Below, one piece after another: positions 35,741 through 43,394 of a stretch of DNA of 64,000 bases. The notes under the pieces were generated by a model, which saw only the letters and a list, made by a program, of their open reading frames with translations, was not told the origin of the DNA and did not search any database. The number at the start of each line of letters is the position of its first letter. The stretch's first letter is position 1. The translations under genes and the position numbers were made by a program. This DNA is from Candidatus Poribacteria bacterium. GTDB lineage: Bacteria > Poribacteria > WGA-4E > WGA-3G. Location: assembly GCA_012271015.1 (NCBI GenBank), contig JAAXHD010000315.1:26762-90761 (forward strand), written 5' to 3'.

Positions 35741-37483
35741 TTACCCGCGTTTTTCACCGGGTTTTCGCCGATGCTTTGATGCATAACCATCCCCTTCTGG
35801 ATCGTAGGAAACGGACACCTGTCCACCTTCCACAACCAGCCGCGGTACAGTTCGATGGCGCCCATCCCGTTCAGGTCCTCGCATGACAGAGAATTGCGCC
35901 TCGGTCATATCTTCCACTATATCACCCCACCGGTCTTGCGGATCAATCACACCACCGCCCCAATTGACATTTTTCGACTGATACTTAATCAATACCCCGC
36001 GTCTGGGGATTGGATTCTTCCACGCTAAGGCACCGTGTGTGCAACCGCCGTCCATAAAAAAGAGAACGTCCCCGGCTTTCATAGTGGGTTGTACGACCAA
36101 ACCCATGGTATCATCACACGTCCGAATCCCGTGAGGCATGGCGTACTGGGTTTTATGCGACCCGGGCACACAGGCAAAACCGCCCAATCCCGGCTCAACA
36201 TCGCGCAATTGCCACGTAATGGTTACAGTCTCGGCATAACTGCGTCCGTTCTTAAAATAATAACCGCGTGATGGCGTCATCGGCTCATTTCCATCGTGGA
36301 GCGAGTGCCCCGATGTCCCTTGAACGGCACAGAACACGGTCGCCCCAGTCGTGCGGTAACCGCTACCGCCCATCCAATTCAGTCGATGCACCACAGCCGG
36401 GTGCGCAATCATACGACGGAATGGGGCATTATAGGGTTCGGGTAAGTCTAACAAGCCCGGCAGGAGCGGTCGTCCTGTCCCAGCCTGACTTATCGATCCC
36501 CTTGCCAATTCCTCGCCTACGACAATACGATCTTGGAATTTATCCACCGCCTCATTGGCTTCTGCGAGCCACTGCTCATCCATCACGCCACGCACTACTA
36601 CATACCCATTCAGATCCCAAAAGTAGAACTCTTTCTCATCAATTCCCGAATCTGGATCGCGGATATAAATTGATGGATGAATGATGGACGAATCTTCCTC
36701 TACCCACGTCTCTTCGCCGTCTGTATTTAACACCGGCGGCGGATTTGAACCTTTAAACCCAGGGATATACATGACCGCCTTTTGTTCAGGCGTTGCTTCA
36801 TCCACCCATCCCGGCAAAGACTCGGTACCTGAGTGAGGTCCAACAGGATTAGACTGAACCGCTGCACGTGCGGCATACCAGTAGGATAACAACCTTTTCG
36901 ATTCACCTTTCCAGGGTCGAACGCCTTGGAGCGTAGGCACGGCAAGTAAAAACAGATCCCCTGCCTTTAGTTCCGGCTGCACCACCACGCCCATATCATC
37001 AACACCGTTCGCTAAATCATCTGGCGTTTGAACATTGCTCTTGTGGCTCGCCTGAATGACAACCAATCCACCGTCCCCTTCTGCGACATCATCCAATGCC
37101 CAGATTGCTTTCACGCCCTGACAACTCCGCCGACCGTTTTGTTGGCGATACGCTTGGGACGGATTCCTCGGTTCATCGCCGCCAACGAGTGTTGAACCCA
37201 TTTCACCTTCTCGATCTCCCAACAATCGAGGGGCTTGATCGAGTCGAAAGCCGTGTCCGATGATCTGATTCAAATACCACACCAATTTGGGATGTACCAG
37301 TAGGTCGCGAAACAATTCGCGGTGCTGACGGGACCCGCCTAACAGCATCTCACTTTCACTGACTTCATCTAATGCCTCGTTGAGTGCCGCCACCTCCTCT
37401 TGACTGAGAACACCCGGAATGTGTAGGTAGCCTGCCACATCAAAAGCATAATTCTCTTCATTGCTCATGACTTCATTGTCCAT
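35741..37483 (-). CDS. fusion of two PhyH-like double-stranded beta-helix domains (N-terminal copy degenerate)
   Basis: Two homologous halves (FDVAGYLHIPGVLSQEEVAALNEAL and WDLNGYVVVRGVMDEQWLAEANEAV). The C-domain has HSLHDGNEP and GGCTHGALAW, whereas the N-domain has STLVGGDEP and VPTLQGVRPW at the aligned positions. AGGAGGG lies before the ATG. Confidence 0.7.
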   Translation of the reverse strand: MDNEVMSNEENYAFDVAGYLHIPGVLSQEEVAALNEALDEVSESEMLLGGSRQHRELFRDLLVHPKLVWYLNQIIGHGFRLDQAPRLLGDREGEMGSTLVGGDEPRNPSQAYRQQNGRRSCQGVKAIWALDDVAEGDGGLVVIQASHKSNVQTPDDLANGVDDMGVVVQPELKAGDLFLLAVPTLQGVRPWKGESKRLLSYWYAARAAVQSNPVGPHSGTESLPGWVDEATPEQKAVMYIPGFKGSNPPPVLNTDGEETWVEEDSSIIHPSIYIRDPDSGIDEKEFYFWDLNGYVVVRGVMDEQWLAEANEAVDKFQDRIVVGEELARGSISQAGTGRPLLPGLLDLPEPYNAPFRRMIAHPAVVHRLNWMGGSGYRTTGATVFCAVQGTSGHSLHDGNEPMTPSRGYYFKNGRSYAETVTITWQLRDVEPGLGGFACVPGSHKTQYAMPHGIRTCDDTMGLVVQPTMKAGDVLFFMDGGCTHGALAWKNPIPRRGVLIKYQSKNVNWGGGVIDPQDRWGDIVEDMTEAQFSVMRGPERDGRHRTVPRLVVEGGQVSVSYDPEGDGYASKHRRKPGEKRG

Positions 37484-37776
37484 CTGTCCCTCCTGTTACC
37501 AGCGGACGGTCAATAAGATGTTACCGATTTGCAATATCAACACGTATTCGCGATGCTTCGCGATAGCGACGGGAATGTTATGTATTGCATTGCCTCCAAT
37601 GCAATAACATTTTTCAGTAGTAGTATTATCGCATAGTTCCGCTGCTTGATCAATACCCAATTTCCACACAGGATGTCAGAAATCGGAATATTTTTGCTTA
37701 AGAAACATCCAAGCAAACACCGTGTTTCCCTGTCTCCAAGAGAATTGAACACCTCTACAGCGAAGGTATTCCGCTA

Positions 37777-37805
37777 TTGCACTTTTCTGTGCATTCCCGT
37801 ATAAT
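37777..37805 (+). promoter_or_regulatory. candidate sigma-70 promoter of the membrane-protein/GH32 operon
   Basis: TTGCAC, a 17-nt spacer, then TATAAT. This implies a leader of about 150 nt. Confidence 0.5.
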
Positions 37806-37877
37806 GCAACTCGGTATAATAACAAAACCGCATGAGACTTCTACAACTCAAGGTTGGAAACATTAAACTAAGCTCGT

Positions 37878-37963
37878 AGCCTGCAACACCGGCGCAGGCG
37901 GTTCTACGGAGAGGCACTTCATTCATCAAACCGACCTGACCGAACCGCAAGGAATAATTAAAA
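37878..37963 (+). promoter_or_regulatory. conserved 86-nt leader, copy 1 (candidate cis-regulatory RNA)
   Basis: It ends at the ATG of 37964. 80 of 86 positions are identical to 50209-50294 by manual alignment. Contains the stem GCCTGC-N9-GCAGGC, and GCGGTTC is complementary to GAACCGC next to the AAGGAA ribosome-binding site. Confidence 0.5.
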
Positions 37964-39886
37964 ATGACGAAAAGGGCGTTGGTTATCGGCATCGTCTTGG
38001 CTGTTTTAGAATGTTTGATCGCACCCTACAACGATTTTGTCATTCGTAACACCTTTCTGGCGGGTGGCCATTTTCCGCTTGCCCCATTTTTTGTCCTGAC
38101 TGTCTTAGCATTGGTTGCTAATTCCATCCTACGATCTCTACATCCCAAACTCGCGCTCTCCGCCCAAGAACTCGTCATTATCTGGTGTATCATGATTGCC
38201 GTTGCGGGTATCCCGTCATCGGGGATGATGCGAGACGCCTTGTCGGCTTTCGCGGCTTACCACTATTTTGCTACCCCAGAGAACGAATGGAGATCGCTTT
38301 TCTTTCAATATATCCCCGAATGGCGTGTCGTGCGAGATGAAGGCGCGATTGTCTCGTTCTATGAAGGCGTATCCGTTGGCGAGCGGATCCCTTGGGGTGC
38401 GTGGCTGAAACCGCTCTCCGTGTGGGCGTTGTATATTTTAACCGCCTATTTCGTTATGGTGTGCCTTGCTGTGCTCCTCCGAAAACAGTGGGTCGAGTAT
38501 GAGAGATGCACGTTTCCACTCGTTCAACTGCCTGTAGAAATCTCCGTGCATCGGTCAGGCGTTGTCAATTCATTCTTCAAAAGTAGAAAAATGTGGCTCG
38601 GGTTCGCTATACCGGCGTTTGTTCATACCCTGAACGGGCTTCAGGCGTACTTCCCGACCCTGCCACATATCCCTATCAGAATTTGGCTTGACCCATTTCT
38701 CGTCGGTAGACCGCTCAACGCCTTGAGACCCTTTCAGATCGTTATATTGATGTCAATGGTCGGATTTAGCTACCTGCTCACACTTGAGGTCGCATTCAGT
38801 CTCTGGTTTTTCTTTTTGTTTTTCAAACTACAATGTCTCATCGGCAGTATGCTCGGTTTCCTAATAACGAAGGGTCCGGGTGTAAAATGGACGGCGTATT
38901 CGTTCAGTGCCGCGCAGGAAGCGGGCGCGTGTCTGACGCTCGCTGGCTTTGCCATCTTCAAAGCCAGAGGACATATCAAGCAGTTGTTCTTAAGCGGCTT
39001 TGGACACAGATCCCCTCAACCTGATACCCAGAGTGAACCGATGCCCGCTGGATTGACAGTCCTCGGACTGATCGGAGGTTTGTTGCTGTTGATATACCTC
39101 AGCGTCTTGATGGGAATGTCGCTCGGATTTGCGGTGCTCTTTGTGATTTTCTCGGCAGGTGTGTTTATCGCCTTGACATGGCAGATTATCAACGGCGGTA
39201 TCCCTTTTATCAATCCCTCGTTTTCACCGCAAAGTTTTTTCCTCACAACACTTGGAACGGCACATATAACCCCTTCAACGACAACGTGGCTGTTCATGCA
39301 ACCCACCGGATTAACCTCACACCTGAGAGAATTTATGATGCCGAATGTGATGAACGGACTGAAGGCAGCGGATACGGTCAGAGCCAACCGGCGCAACCTC
39401 CTGATGGCGATGGGAGTGGCGATGGTGCTGGGGTTGTTTGTCTCATATTATTCCGTGCTGAAAGTCAGTTACCAACACGGCGCGTTATTCGTGCATACGG
39501 GCGGTAGCGGCGGGGTCCGATGGTTGAGTGCCGTCCTTACCAGTCCTCCGATGGGAACAGACTGGACGAATACCGGTTTTACGCTTTTCGGAAGTGCGTT
39601 TACAATCGGGTTGATGTGGATGCGAAAAGTATTTGTGTGGTGGCCCCTCCATCCAATCGGATATACAATGTTAAGCTCATGGGCGTCGTTTAAGTTATGG
39701 TTTTCCATCATGCTCGGTTATTTTCTGAAATATGGTGTCGTGAAATATGGGGGACTCAGGGCGTATAGGGAGGCACGTCCACTATTTCTCGGACTGATCC
39801 TCGGTGAGATGACTTGCGCCGGACTCTGGTCGATCGTTGGGATGATCACCGGGGTCCAAACCGGCTACCGCATCCTACTGGATTGA
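37964..39886 (+). CDS. large polytopic membrane protein of unknown function (paralog of 14952-16970), candidate transporter
   Basis: 640 aa, many hydrophobic spans, conserved blocks shared with the paralog. The GH32 gene follows 50 nt downstream on the same strand. Confidence 0.7.
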   Translation: MTKRALVIGIVLAVLECLIAPYNDFVIRNTFLAGGHFPLAPFFVLTVLALVANSILRSLHPKLALSAQELVIIWCIMIAVAGIPSSGMMRDALSAFAAYHYFATPENEWRSLFFQYIPEWRVVRDEGAIVSFYEGVSVGERIPWGAWLKPLSVWALYILTAYFVMVCLAVLLRKQWVEYERCTFPLVQLPVEISVHRSGVVNSFFKSRKMWLGFAIPAFVHTLNGLQAYFPTLPHIPIRIWLDPFLVGRPLNALRPFQIVILMSMVGFSYLLTLEVAFSLWFFFLFFKLQCLIGSMLGFLITKGPGVKWTAYSFSAAQEAGACLTLAGFAIFKARGHIKQLFLSGFGHRSPQPDTQSEPMPAGLTVLGLIGGLLLLIYLSVLMGMSLGFAVLFVIFSAGVFIALTWQIINGGIPFINPSFSPQSFFLTTLGTAHITPSTTTWLFMQPTGLTSHLREFMMPNVMNGLKAADTVRANRRNLLMAMGVAMVLGLFVSYYSVLKVSYQHGALFVHTGGSGGVRWLSAVLTSPPMGTDWTNTGFTLFGSAFTIGLMWMRKVFVWWPLHPIGYTMLSSWASFKLWFSIMLGYFLKYGVVKYGGLRAYREARPLFLGLILGEMTCAGLWSIVGMITGVQTGYRILLD

Positions 39887-39936
39887 GAAATGAAAGTTTC
39901 GTAGACGTGTGAAAATCCACACAAAGGAAGGTGCGC

Positions 39937-41427
39937 ATGCGTACGTATGATGATTTTTTAATGGAGTCGTATCAAATCAGAGAAAAGATGGTCGCCGATA
40001 AATTGCGACCGAAATATCACTTCTTACCCCCACACGGTCGTTGGAACGACATCAACGGTGCGGTCTTCTTCAACGGTAGGTATCATCTCGGCTACTTACA
40101 AAAGATAAGAAACGGTCCCGATGAGAGAGACTTTTCGAGTTGGCAGCACATTTCGAGTCGGGATCTGCTGCATTGGCAATATCACACAGCATACCTTGAT
40201 GAGCCGCTCGAACGGAAAAAGGGTGATTATTTTAATAGCGGCGACATCATGGACGGGATGGAAATCCCGACGATTATTACCAATATGCCCAGAAGAGGGA
40301 TCTGTATCTATCAATGTCACGATGCCGATCTCTCGCACTGGACACCGTTGGCAGAAAATCCAGTGATCCCAATCGATACGAGCGAATTTCCCGAGTGCGT
40401 GATCTTTGACCCAAGTGGCTGGAAAGAGGGGGACACCTACTACGCCCTCATCGGAAATAAAAACCATCGTCCCGGCTATGAAGGCGACTCGACGAGTCTG
40501 TTTAAGTCCAAGGACCTCAAGCAGTGGACTTACATCGGTCCCTTCTATAAATCCTCGCGCAGATGGACAGCAGAAATCGAAGATTGCGCCTGCTCCGACT
40601 TCTTCCATTTTGGGGAGAAATGGATGCTACTGATGCACACCCATCATCCCTTCAATAAATGCCAGTATTACATCGGACACTACGAAAATGAGACCTTCTA
40701 TCCGGAAGTTAACGGACAATTGAGCCATCTCGGCAGTATGCTCTCCGGTCCCGAAACCCTCATTGACGACAAAGACAGACGCCTCTTTTGGGGATGGATC
40801 GCCGACGCACGCAACGCAGACGAATACGGCTGGCAGAGCATTATGACGCTGCCATGGTACCTGAAACCGACCTCGGAAAACCGTCTCACTATCGAACCGG
40901 CTTCAGAGTTACAATCCTTGAGATACAATCCATGTCACGTCGAAGATCTGTTTGTAGAAGCAGGACAGGAGATTCCCCTTGACAGGCTTGCTTCAGACTG
41001 TATGGAACTGAAACTGACGATAGAACTGCATGCCGCGCAGCGATTTGGATTGAAATTGCTCTGTTCGCCAGATTGTGAGGAAGAAACGGTGATTTGTTAC
41101 GGTGTGAAACAGCAAGCCTTTGTTGTTGACTTTGAAAATGCAAGCAATGATAAGACGCTTTCATACCGTTGCGGACGTGAAGTGTTAGAATCCGGAAGTT
41201 TCAAGCAAACCGTACCCTTTACGTTGGGAAGCGACCAAGTCCTTGAACTCGATATTTTTGTCGACAGATCAGTTATTGAAATGTTTGTCAACTCAGAGTT
41301 GTGCGTTGTCCAACGGGTTTATCCTATGCGACCTGATAGCAAAGAGGTACGGTTGTTTTGTGAAGGTAGTCGGATCGCGGTCAGAAATATCTTCAAATGG
41401 GAAATGGATGCAACCAACCCCTGGTGA
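39937..41427 (+). CDS. glycoside hydrolase family 32-like (beta-fructofuranosidase/fructanase-like), cytoplasmic
   Basis: RWNDINGAVFFNGRYHLGYL (WMNDPNG-type block), FDPSGW (RDP-type block), IEDCACSDFF (EC-type block). No signal peptide. ATG 39937 follows AAGGAAGG; the ORF-track start 39931 is GTG. Confidence 0.7.
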   Translation: MRTYDDFLMESYQIREKMVADKLRPKYHFLPPHGRWNDINGAVFFNGRYHLGYLQKIRNGPDERDFSSWQHISSRDLLHWQYHTAYLDEPLERKKGDYFNSGDIMDGMEIPTIITNMPRRGICIYQCHDADLSHWTPLAENPVIPIDTSEFPECVIFDPSGWKEGDTYYALIGNKNHRPGYEGDSTSLFKSKDLKQWTYIGPFYKSSRRWTAEIEDCACSDFFHFGEKWMLLMHTHHPFNKCQYYIGHYENETFYPEVNGQLSHLGSMLSGPETLIDDKDRRLFWGWIADARNADEYGWQSIMTLPWYLKPTSENRLTIEPASELQSLRYNPCHVEDLFVEAGQEIPLDRLASDCMELKLTIELHAAQRFGLKLLCSPDCEEETVICYGVKQQAFVVDFENASNDKTLSYRCGREVLESGSFKQTVPFTLGSDQVLELDIFVDRSVIEMFVNSELCVVQRVYPMRPDSKEVRLFCEGSRIAVRNIFKWEMDATNPW

Positions 41428-41435
41428 CATTTTAG

Positions 41436-41485
41436 CTACAAATACCATACATAAGGCCCGGACCTGTCCGGCAAACTATCTCTGC
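41436..41485 (-). pseudogene. relic of a sulfatase 3' end
   Basis: The minus strand reads GAGATAGTTTGCCGGACAGGTCCGGGCCTTATGTATGGTATTTGTAG. It aligns with the last 16 codons of the sulfatase at 48653-50077 (GAGATGGTTCGCCGGACAGGTCCCGGTCCTTATGCGTGGTGTTTATAG), with a 1-nt deletion. Confidence 0.45.
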
Positions 41486-41563
41486 ATAGGGTAAAATAAA
41501 AAATTCGGTTTCATTTTCTTCTTCCTTTCATGGTGATAAACACGTGGGCACTAACTACTATAC

Positions 41564-41609
41564 ACGCCTCCGGTGTTAGGGTCAAGACGCCTCCGGTGTT
41601 AGGGTCAAG
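41564..41609. repeat. perfect 2 x 23-bp tandem direct repeat
   Basis: ACGCCTCCGGTGTTAGGGTCAAG occurs twice back to back, upstream of the efflux operon. Confidence 0.8.
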
Positions 41610-41668
41610 GCGATAGCGGAACGCTGTGCATTTTCCAAGATGTCGAGGACAATTTCCAAATTTTTTCC

Positions 41669-41698
41669 TTGATATATTTGGGCGAAATATGTTATAGT
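41669..41698 (+). promoter_or_regulatory. candidate sigma-70 promoter of the efflux operon
   Basis: TTGATA, an 18-nt spacer, then TATAGT. This would give a leader of about 260 nt. Confidence 0.35.
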
Positions 41699-41757
41699 AG
41701 AATGAATGGGTCGTTCCTGCGTTATCAAGATAACCTAAGTTGCCACTCTGTAGCATA

Positions 41758-41797
41758 AACTTTGCGTTTGTGCCTGTGAAGACGCAAACGCAAAGTT
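41758..41797. other. 13-bp perfect hairpin inside a short inverted-repeat-bounded segment
   Basis: AACTTTGCGTTTG-N14-CAAACGCAAAGTT. It lies between ATAACCTAAGTTGC (41730-41743) and its imperfect inverse GCAACTTGGGTTAA (41874-41887). Confidence 0.6.
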
Positions 41798-41967
41798 CGA
41801 TCTACAAAAATGATCCCGATCCGAAACCCTTTTTGATGAAAACTCGGTATGGATATCTAAAATTTTGGAACTAGCAACTTGGGTTAAGATAGACTTTCGC
41901 CATTATTTAGCCTAAACTTTCATTTTCGTTAAAACTTGCACCCAAATTATTTTCTGCGGAGGTGTAT

Positions 41968-43374
41968 ATGTTTAGAAAATACCTCGGATTTAGTGTTGTC
42001 CTATTGCTTAAAACACTTGGCTTAATTCTTGTGCCTGGCCCTGATTGGGGTACAGCGTCGGCACAAGAATCTGTGCAAACTTTCACCCTTACTCAAAGCA
42101 TCAGCCACGCCTTGAACAGCAGTCCTGAATTTCAAGTTGCTCAGCAAGATGTGGAACTTGCCTCCGAAAAAGTCAAGGAAGCCCGCGCAGCATTGCTTCC
42201 CCAACTGACCTTAGATGGGAATTACACATTCAATGGTGACCTACCGACGACTGTGTTAGCTGGAGATTTTCTGACGGAGCTTAGCGGTCCTCCGTCCCCA
42301 GACGATTCAGCAAGTGAAAGCGCGAACGCAACCGACGCGGATCCGCTCGAAATTGAGTTGGGAGCTAAACACAATTTTCAAGGGCACGCACAAGTGACGT
42401 ATCCTCTCTTTACGTGGGGCCGACTCGGCAACATCTATCGGCAGGCAGTCTTGCAAAAGCAGGCAGCTGAAAGAGCGTTGGAAGCAGTTCAACTCAATAT
42501 TGAACTCAATGTTCGCGAAGCATTCCATAGCATGCTGTTAACAGAAGCCTTAGTTGAGGTCGCGAAGCAATCCTTGGCTCAAGTTGAAAGACGCTACGAA
42601 CTTACACAAGAACAGAAAACTATAGGCACCACAACACGATTAGAGGTAATCCGAGCAAACGTCCAAGTGGTCAATACTCGATCTCAGTTGATTCAAGCCA
42701 GGAACCAGCGCAAACTTGCCGAAGAAAACCTCAAAGTGGCACTTGGACTTTCGCTTGACCAAACTCTCTCCATCGACGGTCAGCTGCAGACTGATCTCAA
42801 GCAGGTGAACATTGATCGTGCTCTCACAACGGCACTCGAGCAGCGTCCCGAGATCCATCACATTGAAATCCAAGAACAGATCGGTGAAAAACAGATTAAG
42901 GTCGCCAAAGCCGGAAATAAGCCTATGCTTTCCACATTTGGGAACTACGTTTTCAGTGACAATGAGCGTCAATCGCTTGATACCTCTTGGAGTGTCGGCG
43001 TAGCGATTCAGATTCCGATTTTCGATGGGTTTGTAACACGATCGCAGGTTAACCAAGCGCGCGTGAGCCTTGACCAGATTCGAACGAGTAAAGACCAACT
43101 TCTTGATCGTATCAAACTTGAGACGAAATCTGCCGTTTTTGATCTCGAAGAAGCGCAGAAACTGATTGAGGCACAAGAGGGACTTGTCGAAGAAGCAGGG
43201 GAAGGATTGCGGATTGCGAATGTTCAATACGAAGAAGGATTGATCACAGGTGTTGAATTGACAGACATTGAATTGTCCTATACACAAGCACAAGTCAATC
43301 GTCTACAAGCCATTCATGACTACATCATTGCCGTTGCCCGGTTAGAACGTGCAATCGGCACGAGGCTCGAATAG
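41968..43374 (+). CDS. TolC-family outer-membrane efflux protein
   Basis: Signal peptide, then two OEP-type repeats (LTQSISHALNSSPEFQVAQQDVELA..., LPQLTLDGNYTF...). ATG 41968 follows GGAGG. Confidence 0.8.
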   Translation: MFRKYLGFSVVLLLKTLGLILVPGPDWGTASAQESVQTFTLTQSISHALNSSPEFQVAQQDVELASEKVKEARAALLPQLTLDGNYTFNGDLPTTVLAGDFLTELSGPPSPDDSASESANATDADPLEIELGAKHNFQGHAQVTYPLFTWGRLGNIYRQAVLQKQAAERALEAVQLNIELNVREAFHSMLLTEALVEVAKQSLAQVERRYELTQEQKTIGTTTRLEVIRANVQVVNTRSQLIQARNQRKLAEENLKVALGLSLDQTLSIDGQLQTDLKQVNIDRALTTALEQRPEIHHIEIQEQIGEKQIKVAKAGNKPMLSTFGNYVFSDNERQSLDTSWSVGVAIQIPIFDGFVTRSQVNQARVSLDQIRTSKDQLLDRIKLETKSAVFDLEEAQKLIEAQEGLVEEAGEGLRIANVQYEEGLITGVELTDIELSYTQAQVNRLQAIHDYIIAVARLERAIGTRLE

Positions 43375-43394
43375 TCGGTGCAAGGAGAAAACAG

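Noticed and set aside
37878-37963. Assignment of the conserved leader to a known riboswitch class (glycine, c-di-GMP, ykkC/guanidine, fluoride, ZTP, preQ1 or SAM types considered from memory)
   Set aside because: I could not find any of the remembered core consensus sequences, so no class is claimed. It is reported only as an unclassified candidate.
41564-41609. Possible CRISPR-like or minisatellite array
   Set aside because: There are only two contiguous 23-bp units with no spacers and no cas genes nearby. It is a simple tandem duplication.
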